Shown piece after piece: positions 1 to 10,744 of a stretch of DNA of 44,501 nucleotides. The DNA is from a virus (Duplodnaviria > Caudoviricetes): IMG/VR virus record IMGVR_UViG_3300020044_005741, positions 1 to 44,501 of that record; one strand, given 5' to 3'. The number at the start of each line of letters is the position of its first letter. Position 1 is the stretch's first letter. A program made the translations under genes and the position numbers. Below the pieces are notes generated by a model. That model was not told the DNA's origin, did not search any database, and saw only the letters and a program-made list of their open reading frames with translations.

Positions 1-121
1 TCAAAAAATTGATTTGTCTTTCGATTGGCATATTGATGTGCAAGATGAAAGATTGAGAACTTTGGAAGCTGATGAAATGAGTACAGACATTAGCTTGTTG
101 AATGGTTTGTTAGATGTTACT
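1..121 (+). repeat. Direct repeat of 35219..35339 (one mismatch), defining a 35,218-bp unit
   Basis: tcaaaaaattgatttgtctttcgattggc... identical at both places except position 88 vs 35306. Confidence 0.95.
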
Positions 122-409
122 GCTACTTATAGCGCAATCGGGCAAACATCATTCAAAGCTACGTTGAAAACTGAATACGGTTCTTATTTGAATCCTGTTT
201 TAGTTGAAGGCTTAGTTGCTGGTGATATGGCTCTTTACAATGTTACTGATAGTGCTTCTGTTGCTATCTCTAGTGCTGTTGAGAATCCAGACGGTACATA
301 CTTAATCAGCTTTGCATCTCAAACAGTTGCAGACGTGTTAAGATTGACTATCACTAAAGATGGTTACAACTTCGACGCGGTTACTGCTGCGACTATTACG
401 ATAGTATAA
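1..409 (+). CDS. Putative major tail (tube) protein, C-terminal part (cut by window start)
   Basis: Homologous to the C-terminal 131 aa of full-length 34695..35624; lies between neck genes and tape measure. Confidence 0.6.
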   Translation, partial: QKIDLSFDWHIDVQDERLRTLEADEMSTDISLLNGLLDVTATYSAIGQTSFKATLKTEYGSYLNPVLVEGLVAGDMALYNVTDSASVAISSAVENPDGTYLISFASQTVADVLRLTITKDGYNFDAVTAATITIV

Positions 410-413
410 ATTT

Positions 414-439
414 AGGGGAGGGCTTCGGCTCTCCCTTTT
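414..439 (+). terminator. Intrinsic terminator/hairpin after major tail gene
   Basis: AGGGGAGGGC-TTCG-GCTCTCCCTTTT; conserved in all three copies of the locus. Confidence 0.8.
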
Positions 440-451
440 AAAACTTAAACA

Positions 452-712
452 ATGGCAAAAGAAAATGATTTTTTAAAGGTTGGTGGTATTACTTGGGCGC
501 TTCATGGCGTTGCTGGTTTAACCTATAATGACTTTGTAGAAATGTACAAAGGAACTCCACAATTAACAGACGGCTTAGATAAGATTTGGAAAACATTAAA
601 AGCCGAGTGCAAAGCTAAAGGTATCGTATGGAAAGAGGAGGAGTTGGCAGAAGCGCCAGCAAATACAGATTTGCAAATCAAGCCTAAGAAGAAAAAGAAA
701 AGCGATAAGTAA
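452..712 (+). CDS. Conserved tail-region protein (possible tail assembly chaperone)
   Basis: 86 aa; homologs at 35671..35931 and 38168..38428; function inferred from position only. Confidence 0.75.
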   Translation: MAKENDFLKVGGITWALHGVAGLTYNDFVEMYKGTPQLTDGLDKIWKTLKAECKAKGIVWKEEELAEAPANTDLQIKPKKKKKSDK

Positions 713-715
713 ACA

Positions 716-1173
716 ATGAAGGCTTTAGCGAATTTATTGAAAAAGATTATTCGCATCGAAAGCAAAGCGGACAAATTGTTTATTGAAATATTGAAGGATA
801 GCAACGTACAAGCGCAGATAATTGACTTCAATTTAGAGCAAATGTACGAGGGCGGTGTAGATAGTGAAGGTCGTTCTTTGGGTGAATATGCCACGATAAC
901 GGTTGCTACTACAAGCCTTTAGCGCGAAGTTTGGGCAACGATGGCAGGACAGACCACATCACGTTAAAAGATACGGGAGAGTTTTATAAATCATTTAGGA
1001 TAAAAGTAGAAAATGACGGGTTCAAAATCACAGCCGACACAATCAAAGAAGATACGGATTTGGCGCAAATTTACCCCGATGTTCTTGGGCTTACTAAAGA
1101 GAGCAAGCAAATGGTTAGTGAACTTATTACACCGTATTTGGTTGAGGCTATACGGGCGCAAATACTGGGCTAA
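716..1173 (+). pseudogene. Tail-region morphogenesis protein split by a 1-nt frameshift near 905
   Basis: ORFs 716..922 and 931..1173 together align with intact 149-aa 35935..36384 (shared TDHITLKDTGxFY); 458 nt is one base short of a whole codon count. Confidence 0.75.
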
Positions 1174-1603
1174 CATAGATGAAATGCCAATTTATAATTG
1201 GTTCAAGTGGCACGAAGAGAAAGACAATAGTTATTTAAGTAAGACGCGCAAAATAGGTTCTTTGGTTAATTACTTTGGGGATAAGATAATGACACAATTC
1301 ATAGAGCGTTTTGGCTTTAGCGAGGTGTTCATTAAGACCTTAGAAAAAGAGAAAGAGTTAGTGTTATTACAAGCGAGAAGAGCGATAACAGATGACAGAA
1401 GTTTAAACGCGTTCATTAAGATTTGTGAATTAGAGATTGAAGCACTAAAGAAAGAAACAACAGAGCGCGCGGACTTCTACGAAATTAAGGGAGTATTAGA
1501 ACACGAAATGGGGTTTCAGATTGATATTAAAAAAGTGAGTGTAGCTGAATACTATACCTACTTCAAAGCATTAAAGAAAATAAGACCTAAACAAAATGGC
1601 TGA
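1142..1603 (+). CDS. Conserved tail-region protein preceding tape measure (possible chaperone)
   Basis: In-frame TTG at 1142 is conserved at 36353; YGxKYWANIDEMP conserved with synonymous changes upstream of the first ATG. Confidence 0.75.
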   Translation: MRLYGRKYWANIDEMPIYNWFKWHEEKDNSYLSKTRKIGSLVNYFGDKIMTQFIERFGFSEVFIKTLEKEKELVLLQARRAITDDRSLNAFIKICELEIEALKKETTERADFYEIKGVLEHEMGFQIDIKKVSVAEYYTYFKALKKIRPKQNG

Positions 1604-4037
1604 AAGCGGTAAAATAACAAGAGAAGATATAATTGCTAAGGACGCATTCACTAGTGCCGTTGACGAAGCAAAACAACTCTTAGATGTTATCAATCAAATT
1701 TCAAACGCGCTTAAAACAAAAGCCAAAAGCACAGCTGACGGCTTCGCTATTGCATCGCCTCAATCAATTGAAGATGTTAAGAAGTTAACAGACCAGATAG
1801 CGGAACTTAAAAAACAGATAGCGGCTTTAGAGTCAGTAACGGAAAAGCAAAAGAAAGCAACAAAGGATTTAACCGCAGCACAAGCAGAGGAAAACTTAGC
1901 AAGACAGAAACAGCGTAGAGAAATAATTGAACAAGTAAAGATTCAAAGTGAAGTTACAACGTCGTACGAAAAACAAGTTGCAGCATTAGCAAAAATTAAA
2001 AGGCAATTAAAAGAACTTTCAGTAGAAGGAAAGCAAGCGCCTGAACAATTACTAAAAGATTTTCAAAAGTTAGATAGCAGCGTAAGAAAAGCAGAGGAGG
2101 GAGTTAAGGAGTTTCAAAGAAGTGTTGGTGATTACGCCAGCGCAACAGTAGAACTTAAAGATTTAACTAGGCAGCTATTAGAACTAGAAAAAGCTGGAAA
2201 AAGAAATACGGACGAGTTCAAAAACTTAAGAGCAAGAGCAGCCGAGTTAAAAGACACTATTTCAGACGTAAAAGCAGAGGTAAAAGCATTAGCCAGCGAC
2301 ACTAGAACTATTGACGGTTTAGTTGGTAGCGTTAATCTTCTTGCTAATGCTTATCAAGTAGCTGAAGGTGCAGCGGCTTTATTAGGTGAAGACAGCAAAG
2401 AATGGCAAGAAACTATGGTGAAGTTACAAGCTATAATGGCTGTAACCACAGGATTACAAGAAATTCAAAACTTATTGCAGAAGGAGAGCGCTGCAATGAT
2501 GTTTTTAAATACGGTTCAAACTAAGGCAGCAGCAGCAGCGCAATCGCTATACGCCTTCGCTACGGGTGGCGCAACAACAGCCACTAAGGCTTTTAGGATA
2601 GCGTTATTAGCTACGGGAATTGGCGCAATAGTAGTTCTTATCGGTTCACTTGCTGGTGCATTTGATTCATTAGGTAGTGCAACAGAAGATGAAACAGATA
2701 AGCAATTAAAGTTAAACGAGGCGTTAAAAGAACATAACGAGTTAGTGAGTAAGGCTATTGAGTTAGGACAAGCGAGAGCGCAAGGCGCAAGAAATAGCAC
2801 AGGAGAATTGCAGAGAGAATTCGATAGAATGAAAGCAAGAGGCGCAAGTGAAAAAGAACTATATGAGCAAGGGCAAAAAATAAGAAGACAAGAGTTAAAC
2901 GACTTAGAAACACAAAGAAAAATAAAGGCTAGTTCGCTTGGTATTGATTATACAACGTCAAAAGAATTCTATGATTTAAGCGAAAAGATAAGAAACAAGG
3001 CAAATGAAATAGAGGTTGCGCGTTTAGAGTTTATTCGAGTTGAAAAACCTAAGGCAATTAAAAAGGCAGCTAATGAAGAAAAGGCTACGGTTACAGATTT
3101 AGCGCAGCACAATATAGAGGAATACGAAAAAGTAAAGAAGGCTATATTGGATGCAATAGACGAGCAAAGGGAAGCGCAAGATGCAATGGCTAGGCATAAT
3201 CAAGAAGCATACGATAAAGAAGTAAAAAAAATAAAAGATAGAGAAAGAGAAAAAATAGAATCAGAAAGAAGAGTTCAGCAACAAGTACTACAAGGAATTG
3301 AGCAAGGAGTTGAAAGAAGAAGTCAGATAGTTCAAAATGGTTTAAACGCTGAAATTAAAAAGCAAGATGACGCTATTGCAAAACAGCAAGAACTAGCAGC
3401 TAAAGGATTAGAAAACACTTTAGCGTATCAAGAAAAGAAACGTGCTGAACTACAAGCAAAGTTAGAGCGTGAAAAAGAAGCCGAAAGAAAACGTGAAGAG
3501 GCATTGCAATTAGCTGGCGCGTTCTTAGGAAGTTACCAACGTAGACTAGATGATAAGCAAAAAAGCCCTCAAGCCTTAGCTGGCGCATTAGCTGATACTT
3601 TAATAGCAAAAGCAATTAGTTCTACTATCGCTGGTGCATTTGCCGAAGGGGTGGAGAATTTTCAAGGTAAAGGAACGGGAACAAGTGATAGTAATTTAAT
3701 TGCTTTCTCTCATGGTGAATCTGTTGTAACCGCGAAGGCGACGCAACAATATAGCGGACTTGTAACGGCAATGAATAAAGGCTTAGTTGATGACTACGTG
3801 AAGCAAATGATACTGCCCGATATGGATGCGCCAACGGTGGTAAACGCTGGCAGCTTTCAAAGCGCGGCTATAATTTACACGTTAAACACTAAGCTTGAAA
3901 GCCTAGAAAAAGCCATTAAAAACAAGCAAGAAATAAAAGTTAATTGGAACGCACAAGGCGAACGAGTTGAAGAGATTGTAAAAGACGGAATGAAGACCGT
4001 TATTAAGCACGTAACAACTGGAAAAAGAAGGTTATGA
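1596..4037 (+). CDS. Tail tape measure protein
   Basis: 813 aa, Ala/Lys/Glu-rich coiled coil, hydrophobic segment (ALLATGIGAIVVLIG), C-terminal FAEGxxxxxGKGTGTSDS...GESV motif. Confidence 0.85.
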   Translation: MAESGKITREDIIAKDAFTSAVDEAKQLLDVINQISNALKTKAKSTADGFAIASPQSIEDVKKLTDQIAELKKQIAALESVTEKQKKATKDLTAAQAEENLARQKQRREIIEQVKIQSEVTTSYEKQVAALAKIKRQLKELSVEGKQAPEQLLKDFQKLDSSVRKAEEGVKEFQRSVGDYASATVELKDLTRQLLELEKAGKRNTDEFKNLRARAAELKDTISDVKAEVKALASDTRTIDGLVGSVNLLANAYQVAEGAAALLGEDSKEWQETMVKLQAIMAVTTGLQEIQNLLQKESAAMMFLNTVQTKAAAAAQSLYAFATGGATTATKAFRIALLATGIGAIVVLIGSLAGAFDSLGSATEDETDKQLKLNEALKEHNELVSKAIELGQARAQGARNSTGELQREFDRMKARGASEKELYEQGQKIRRQELNDLETQRKIKASSLGIDYTTSKEFYDLSEKIRNKANEIEVARLEFIRVEKPKAIKKAANEEKATVTDLAQHNIEEYEKVKKAILDAIDEQREAQDAMARHNQEAYDKEVKKIKDREREKIESERRVQQQVLQGIEQGVERRSQIVQNGLNAEIKKQDDAIAKQQELAAKGLENTLAYQEKKRAELQAKLEREKEAERKREEALQLAGAFLGSYQRRLDDKQKSPQALAGALADTLIAKAISSTIAGAFAEGVENFQGKGTGTSDSNLIAFSHGESVVTAKATQQYSGLVTAMNKGLVDDYVKQMILPDMDAPTVVNAGSFQSAAIIYTLNTKLESLEKAIKNKQEIKVNWNAQGERVEEIVKDGMKTVIKHVTTGKRRL

Positions 4038-5911
4038 AAACACTATTTTACTTAAATGGTGCGCTTATTCAACCACCAGCAAACCAAAAGGAATTATCTA
4101 TTCAATTAAACTTTGATAAGGATGCACCGACTGCACAGGTTTCTATTAATAAGTGGCGTTTTGTTAGAGATAACGCTGGAACTATTCAAGATTATATTGA
4201 TGGGGGTTTACTCGGCTCTGATACTATTTATGGCTCTTACGCTACTACTGCTGGGATATTTGAAGGACTTCCTTTTAGAATCGACCTCGATTATATGGGG
4301 ACGGTTCAAACGATTTTTGATGGGTATTTAGACTTAACAGATAATGTAGAAGTAAGCTGCAACGACATAACGGCAAGCGCAAAAGAATCGCATAAGATTG
4401 ATTGGTTAAACGAAACGGCTGATAGTATAGATTTCCAATATCTTTACGACACAACGCCATCGCTATTCGATAACAAGTTTATCGATATTCCTTACATCAT
4501 AAACACAATACCTAAAGCTGGTGAGGCTTTCTTAGCAACATTAAGCGCGTTTATAATCGCAAAAGAATTTCTTACACTTGGCGAGTTATACAAGTCCGCA
4601 ATAGCTGATATTTCGGGAGGGTTAAACGTGATAGGTGGAATATTAAAACTAATTTCAGTTATAGTCTATACTATAACATTAATAGCGACATTAATTAAAT
4701 TAATTTACGATGCTTTTAACTACATTATACAGCCGATAAAGTACCACCAAGCAATGAGGGTAAAAGACCTTTTAGAAATTGGTTGTACTCATTTCGGTTA
4801 TACTTTTCAATCTTCGATATTTAGTGGTGAATTAAAGGACTTGGTTATATTGCCCGAGAAGTATCAAAACCCTGACACTGACGGCATACTAGGGTTTCTT
4901 AATCCTAACCAGCCCGATATGCGCGGCTATTACAAAGGCACGTTTGGGCAACTATTACGCGACTTGAAAACTATATTTAATGCAAAGATTATTATTGATA
5001 ATGGGAAGTTGATATTTGAGCGTAGAGATTACGACCTTTACCCAGCTACTACGTACCAACTACCCGACCTTACAAACGATTGGAACGGATTTAATACTAG
5101 CGAATTTAATAGTGGCTTTTACATCAAGTTTCAAACAGATATAAACGATAAGAATACTATTGATTCATACAACGGCACAGCGTATCAAATCACGTTTCAA
5201 CCTAACATAGTAGGTAATAAAAAGAACTTGCTATTTAAAGGATATGAAACGGTGAATATACCTTTCTCTCTAGGCAAAAGAAAAACGGAGTTAACAATTC
5301 CAGAACAAATATTTAGAGGTATTTTCGACACGTTCAGCGCAGTTGTTAATGTGTTTGTTTACCTGATTAATGGAGTAATTGACGGTATAAATGCGGTAAT
5401 TGAATTCATTAATGATTTAGTTGATGCTTTAGCTGTCATCGGCATTGACATACCTTTTAATGCTGTTGCGCCTCAGAAGATAGCGCCTGTTGTTTTAGGT
5501 TCTTTGATTACCGATAGAATAGGAATGCTAATGTTAGAAAATGATTTTGTCGATGTACCGAAAATGTTTATGATTAACGAGGGTGCGATACCGAGAAAGA
5601 CCGATGTAGTTGAAACATTTAACGCAAAATATGTTTGGGAAAACTACAAATATATCGATTCTTTTATGCCTATTAACGGTAAGCATAACCAATATATTTT
5701 AAAGCAACACGATAAAGTTCCTTTCTGTTTTGATGACTACGAAAAAGTAAAATTGGATAATCGAATTTTAACTAATTTTGGTGAGGTCGCGCTAGTGGAT
5801 TCTTTGGAATGGGACGTGTATAATCAAAGCGCGGATGTGAAGTATAGAGTAAACAAACAATACTACAACAACTTTAAAGCAGCAATAACAAATGAAGCAA
5901 CAGGAAATTAA
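4034..5911 (+). CDS. Putative minor tail/virion protein with two hydrophobic segments
   Basis: 625 aa, ATGA overlap with tape measure gene. Confidence 0.65.
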   Translation: MKTLFYLNGALIQPPANQKELSIQLNFDKDAPTAQVSINKWRFVRDNAGTIQDYIDGGLLGSDTIYGSYATTAGIFEGLPFRIDLDYMGTVQTIFDGYLDLTDNVEVSCNDITASAKESHKIDWLNETADSIDFQYLYDTTPSLFDNKFIDIPYIINTIPKAGEAFLATLSAFIIAKEFLTLGELYKSAIADISGGLNVIGGILKLISVIVYTITLIATLIKLIYDAFNYIIQPIKYHQAMRVKDLLEIGCTHFGYTFQSSIFSGELKDLVILPEKYQNPDTDGILGFLNPNQPDMRGYYKGTFGQLLRDLKTIFNAKIIIDNGKLIFERRDYDLYPATTYQLPDLTNDWNGFNTSEFNSGFYIKFQTDINDKNTIDSYNGTAYQITFQPNIVGNKKNLLFKGYETVNIPFSLGKRKTELTIPEQIFRGIFDTFSAVVNVFVYLINGVIDGINAVIEFINDLVDALAVIGIDIPFNAVAPQKIAPVVLGSLITDRIGMLMLENDFVDVPKMFMINEGAIPRKTDVVETFNAKYVWENYKYIDSFMPINGKHNQYILKQHDKVPFCFDDYEKVKLDNRILTNFGEVALVDSLEWDVYNQSADVKYRVNKQYYNNFKAAITNEATGN

Positions 5912-6128
5912 CACAGAAGACATTAAAAAGGCTATGGAACTTTTGGCAAACATAGCCAACAACGCCCAGCTTTTTAGTTCACTTGCTGAAAATATGATTG
6001 GCAATTTACCAGCAGACAAACAAAAAGAAGCTAAAGAAATATTGAAGGGTAAAGATGTTAAAAAAGCAATGGATAATTTGAACGGTGCTTTAAATAAAAT
6101 GCAAGATTATGGGCGTAAAAATAGATAG
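5892..6128 (+). CDS. Hypothetical protein
   Basis: 78 aa, overlaps both neighbours within the operon. Confidence 0.7.
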   Translation: MKQQEINTEDIKKAMELLANIANNAQLFSSLAENMIGNLPADKQKEAKEILKGKDVKKAMDNLNGALNKMQDYGRKNR

Positions 6129-8475
6129 CATTTCATTTCCTAGCGAGTTAACAACTGGCACTACTGATTACCTTTTAGGCAACGTACTAAATAGCGTAAC
6201 GGCTACGGTTGAAATTGCTATTGGTTGGTTTGCATTTGCTACATCGGGCAGTAAAATTCAATTTGCGCCAACAAGCGGATACCCGAACCCAGACGAAATT
6301 ATTAAATGTAACTCTTCATTGTTTACAGAGTTTCAATTGGGCGATACTATAACGGTAAACAATACTGCATCTAATGACGGAACGTACACTATTGTCGATA
6401 AGATAAGCGCAAACGAGATAAGAGTAGGCACGTCATTAACTACCGAGTTAAGCAGCACAGCCGAGATAGTAGGAACAACACCAATAACGGCTTTAAACTA
6501 CTTTTACAACTTAATCGAAAACGCAAACGCGCCTTCATACATTTCTCAAATTGATGGTAGCGTTCAAAAATACTTTGCATTTGATTTAGATGCGACCGAT
6601 ACCGTAACGGTGGTGAACTTCTCGGGAGTTGGCGATAAGTCGTGGCAAAGTGGCTCGGCAACTATTAAAGGTAACGGAACAGATGCCTATTACCAATACT
6701 TCACCATTACTCACAACTTCTTAGTGCTGCCATATTACGTGGAAGGTGAATATAGTGATTTGATTGCTGGCATTAAGCCGTATAATTTCGATAACACAAA
6801 TTCACTTAAATACATTGCCGAGTTTGAAGGGTTGTATTTTAAAACGGACCCGAATAAAAAGCAAACAGGTGCGTTCGTTTCTAATAATGGGAATGTAGGC
6901 TGGTTCGATGAAAACTTTAATACAGACCTTACCAATTATTCACACACCGCGATAGTCCACAAGACACCTACAAATATCACATTGCCTAGCGTTGAGATTT
7001 CACAGAACTTAAACACGTTTACTTTCGATGTTACCAACGCTACCGATACGCCATTTGTAATAAATACAACACCTTGCATTTTAGGCTTTTCGTTACTAAG
7101 TGATGAAGCTGACTACACAGATGCGACAAAGACCGTAGAAGAAAACTTTTACATTGATAGAATTATAACCACCGTTACAAACGATGTGCCAGTTGCCAAT
7201 GGTGACTACATCGAAAACGTAAATGTTGAGTTCATTAGTAGCAGTACGGTAAGGATAACAGGAAACTTTAAATTTAGTGCTGGCGATGTTACATTTCTAA
7301 CCGCGCTAAGTGGTAAGCGTTATTGTATGACATTCGATGTAGTTGATGATGCTTTGGCTATTGATGTAGCCGATAGAGTTACGTTATTAGTTGACGCAAA
7401 CGAACTTTATATTGACACTTCAAACGATGGACTAATTGCTTTCGATACCGACATAGTTGAAATGCAAGATGATACGGAAGTGGGCGTAGCAACAACAGAG
7501 GCTTTCCCTACCGATGCAATGGTGATTCGCTCAATAATCGCTTTTGATTACGAAGCAAACACAACATTTGAAACCATAACAGCTAAGATAATAGCTGAAA
7601 ATAATAGCGGTGATTCTTTTGATTTAGACGTGTTCACGTTCGACCTAAGCACACAGCCGAAGGTTAGCGACATAACGCAAATAAATATTAGTCAGGCTAG
7701 GGCATTCGTGCCGAGTGGCAATAGCTTTATGCAAAACATTATCGTTAAGCGTAGGAGTGATTTAGATGCTGGCAATCTTTACTACTATGAGATTGATTTT
7801 CCTATATTGTTTCGTTGGGAATACTGGAAGGCTTTGTTAGGGGTGAATGCTGCTTTTTATAACACATCTTTACCTAACAACGGGTATAACAATTTATGGT
7901 ATCGTTACGATGCTTCACCGTTCAATATTAAAGGCTACGTGAGTTTAGATGTAATAAATGACGGGAACGCGCTAAGTTTTGAAGACAAGATTACTATTGA
8001 TTCATTCAACTATAGTTCAAATAGCGATTGGACAACAAAGACTTTGAAGGCTTACGATGTAGATGATAACGAGTTAACGGACGGTGTGAATAGATACGTG
8101 CAAGGCTTCGCTAAAACAAAGATAGTCGCTGTTTTTGAAAACACTAACTTAATTGATAGCGGTGAAATATTTGTACGATTTGGCGCTGAGGTTTACGAGA
8201 GTGGAGGTGTGAGCGGTTTGCACACAATAGATTCTTTTTATCCAGTTGCGGCAAATGAATGGTTTGAAAACACTAATAATGGAGGGTTAATAGAATTGGC
8301 ATTTACATCAAATAAAGTTACAGCAACAGCTTACTTAAACAACGCTAACATACCAAGCAACGGAACGTTAACACTTTACGCAAGAATTTATAACGGAACG
8401 CCAGCAGACGGTAAATTAATGGAATCTGGTATATTCAAAGCCACAGAAGCAGGAGTATTAAAAGAACTCGAATAA
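6109..8475 (+). CDS. Putative tail/baseplate structural protein
   Basis: 788 aa, Thr/Asn/Asp-rich beta-type composition, in tail module. Confidence 0.65.
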   Translation: MGVKIDSISFPSELTTGTTDYLLGNVLNSVTATVEIAIGWFAFATSGSKIQFAPTSGYPNPDEIIKCNSSLFTEFQLGDTITVNNTASNDGTYTIVDKISANEIRVGTSLTTELSSTAEIVGTTPITALNYFYNLIENANAPSYISQIDGSVQKYFAFDLDATDTVTVVNFSGVGDKSWQSGSATIKGNGTDAYYQYFTITHNFLVLPYYVEGEYSDLIAGIKPYNFDNTNSLKYIAEFEGLYFKTDPNKKQTGAFVSNNGNVGWFDENFNTDLTNYSHTAIVHKTPTNITLPSVEISQNLNTFTFDVTNATDTPFVINTTPCILGFSLLSDEADYTDATKTVEENFYIDRIITTVTNDVPVANGDYIENVNVEFISSSTVRITGNFKFSAGDVTFLTALSGKRYCMTFDVVDDALAIDVADRVTLLVDANELYIDTSNDGLIAFDTDIVEMQDDTEVGVATTEAFPTDAMVIRSIIAFDYEANTTFETITAKIIAENNSGDSFDLDVFTFDLSTQPKVSDITQINISQARAFVPSGNSFMQNIIVKRRSDLDAGNLYYYEIDFPILFRWEYWKALLGVNAAFYNTSLPNNGYNNLWYRYDASPFNIKGYVSLDVINDGNALSFEDKITIDSFNYSSNSDWTTKTLKAYDVDDNELTDGVNRYVQGFAKTKIVAVFENTNLIDSGEIFVRFGAEVYESGGVSGLHTIDSFYPVAANEWFENTNNGGLIELAFTSNKVTATAYLNNANIPSNGTLTLYARIYNGTPADGKLMESGIFKATEAGVLKELE

Positions 8476-8513
8476 AAAAAATAGGAAGTTAAAATATAAA
8501 GTAAATTTGAACT

Positions 8514-10154
8514 ATGAGCGAAAAGATAAGCCAATATAGCACAAGTGTTTCGGCTCTTGCAACGGGCGACTTGATGGACGTGAGTAAACTCATTTCAACC
8601 TCTCCCGATGTTTACCAATCGCAGAAACTGAACTACTCTGTATTATTAACGGAATTAAACAACGACCTATCATTTGTTGATGGAACAGGAACTACAAATT
8701 ACAGCGCTCGTTTTTCGGCTTCTGGTACAATAGCTGATGGTATTATTCAAGATAATGGCACTACATCTGGAATAGGTTCATTAGATGCAGCAACAGCACT
8801 AAACATATCAACGTCATTAGCACAAGGAATAAAGGCAACACAATCAAAGTCAAACGGGAACTCTGAGGGAATTTATGGCATAAATATCGTTGCAAACACA
8901 GGGAGAAATATTGGTATTCAAGGAGAATCAGGAAACTCTTCTACTGAAAGCATAGGTGTTAGAGGTGTGTACGCTACAACTGGGGTTACTAATGTTAGTA
9001 CTTCGTCATACATAACCAACGGTAATGGCGCTGCTGGTTTTTTTCAATCAGGAAGGTCTGGCGCTGGGACAATCTACGGTGTAATTGCAACAACTGACCT
9101 CTTCACTCCTGACGCTGCTGTAACTGGTATTGCTGGTTATTTCAAAGCTGGCGGAGGTGGTTCAAACTATGCTATTCAATTAGTTGACGGTACTGAAGGA
9201 GCTGGCAAATATTTACAATCAGATGCAAGTGGTAGAGCAAGTTGGGTAACCTTAAGTGTGTCAAATTTAGGTAACGCTAACTTAACCGCGTCTGACAACG
9301 CGCGTACATTCACATTAAAAGCAGGCACAACATCAACACAGAACTTTTCAATTTTAAATAGTGATGGAGATGTAGGGTACTATTTTAATGGAGTTGGAAA
9401 TGTGGGCATAGGAACTACGACGTTTGCTGCTAATTATGGTACTGCGAGTGAGGATTTTGTAGTGGGTAACTCTACTTCAGGAACTAATACTTCTTTTTAC
9501 TTAGATAATACTGGAGATAGGAGATATTACGCTTTTCAACTATTGCAAAAAAATTCTAAGAAGCTGTATAATGTAGATACGAGAGGAATAGTAACTTATT
9601 TTGATATTGCTAACGGTACTAATTCAGACGTTGTTTTTGATTTAAGTGCAGGAGGAACAAAGATACAAACTTCAGCAGCTACTTCAGCTACATTTTCAAC
9701 TCATCAGAGTGCTTCTAGTAATGGAAGTGTAATTTACCAAATGGGCTCTACTATTAACAATAGTGGAGGTTATATATATATTAATAATGGTAGCGGGACA
9801 AATAAAATATATTTATCGGGTAATAGGTCAGGCATACAAGCCACGTGGTTTGGAGAAGGAGTTATATTTGGCGGCAGTCTCGGTAGAAGTGCAACGGCTA
9901 TTATGGACGTTATGGGTAGCGGCTCAACATCTGCAACAATAACAGCGTTGTTTCAAAACAGTTCGTCTGTTGCATCATTAAAAGTGCGTGATGATAACTA
10001 CGTTGTTCAAAGAGCGATTAACGCTGCTATTGCAAGCGGTGATTTGGCTAACAATGAAATGAGTTTCTATATTGACGAAGCTGGTAATACATTAACAGTT
10101 AAAGTAAAATATTCAAGCGGTACGGTAAAGACGGGAACAGTAGCATTAACTTAA
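8514..10154 (+). CDS. Putative tail fibre/receptor-binding protein
   Basis: 546 aa Gly/Ser/Thr-rich with GNVGIGTT and [14 protein letters not shown] fibre-like motifs. Confidence 0.75.
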   Translation: MSEKISQYSTSVSALATGDLMDVSKLISTSPDVYQSQKLNYSVLLTELNNDLSFVDGTGTTNYSARFSASGTIADGIIQDNGTTSGIGSLDAATALNISTSLAQGIKATQSKSNGNSEGIYGINIVANTGRNIGIQGESGNSSTESIGVRGVYATTGVTNVSTSSYITNGNGAAGFFQSGRSGAGTIYGVIATTDLFTPDAAVTGIAGYFKAGGGGSNYAIQLVDGTEGAGKYLQSDASGRASWVTLSVSNLGNANLTASDNARTFTLKAGTTSTQNFSILNSDGDVGYYFNGVGNVGIGTTTFAANYGTASEDFVVGNSTSGTNTSFYLDNTGDRRYYAFQLLQKNSKKLYNVDTRGIVTYFDIANGTNSDVVFDLSAGGTKIQTSAATSATFSTHQSASSNGSVIYQMGSTINNSGGYIYINNGSGTNKIYLSGNRSGIQATWFGEGVIFGGSLGRSATAIMDVMGSGSTSATITALFQNSSSVASLKVRDDNYVVQRAINAAIASGDLANNEMSFYIDEAGNTLTVKVKYSSGTVKTGTVALT

Positions 10155-10166
10155 AAAAAGAATAAT

Positions 10167-10547
10167 ATGTTAAAAATAACCAACACAGAAACAACAGCCT
10201 TTACCTTTGGTGGCATAGCATTACCAATAGGGCAAGAGATTTACTTATTCATTGAAAACTTCAATTCAAATGTTGGAGTGATGAATGCTAATGCTTTCCC
10301 CAAAAAAGCCGTAGTAGTTGACGGGGTTACTTCTTATGAATCAATACCGAAGATTGACCAATTAGATTCTATTGGAATCATTATAACGGGTGATGAGGAA
10401 ATAAGCAAAGAAGGATTGAAAGGCGTAGGACTTCGCGAAGATACAATCTATGAAGCATCTTTATTAGTTAGAAAATACTTCGAAACTAAAGTGCCTACAA
10501 CATTAGGTTTATTTGCAATAGTAGGTTTAAATTTACAAGCAGAATAA
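10167..10547 (+). CDS. Hypothetical, fibre-associated
   Basis: 126-aa ORF directly after fibre gene. Confidence 0.7.
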   Translation: MLKITNTETTAFTFGGIALPIGQEIYLFIENFNSNVGVMNANAFPKKAVVVDGVTSYESIPKIDQLDSIGIIITGDEEISKEGLKGVGLREDTIYEASLLVRKYFETKVPTTLGLFAIVGLNLQAE

Positions 10548-10561
10548 TTAAAAACACAAAT

Positions 10562-10744
10562 ATGAAACAAGCAGAAAAACAAAATTTAATTGACGCGTTA
10601 AACTACGTTTATTCAATTAGCACGAAAGCGCCAGTAGAAAAGCAAGTACACGATAATTGCTTTAACGCGGCTAAGGAATTAGCAAAAGTAATTGAAGCAT
10701 TAGAAGTAGAGCAAGAAGATAAACAACTTGAAAAAGTAGATTAA
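10562..10744 (+). CDS. Hypothetical protein
   Basis: 60 aa, TAATG coupling to next gene. Confidence 0.7.
   Translation: MKQAEKQNLIDALNYVYSISTKAPVEKQVHDNCFNAAKELAKVIEALEVEQEDKQLEKVD

Noticed and set aside
452-922. Programmed -1 frameshift of a tail assembly chaperone pair
   Set aside because: No clear slippery site, and the next gene has its own ATG in all copies.
1013-1141. Long N-terminal extension of 1013..1603
   Set aside because: Overlaps the upstream gene; comparison of alleles supports a TTG start at 1142.
8514-10154. Diversity-generating retroelement targeting the tail fibre
   Set aside because: No reverse transcriptase and no template/variable repeat pair seen.
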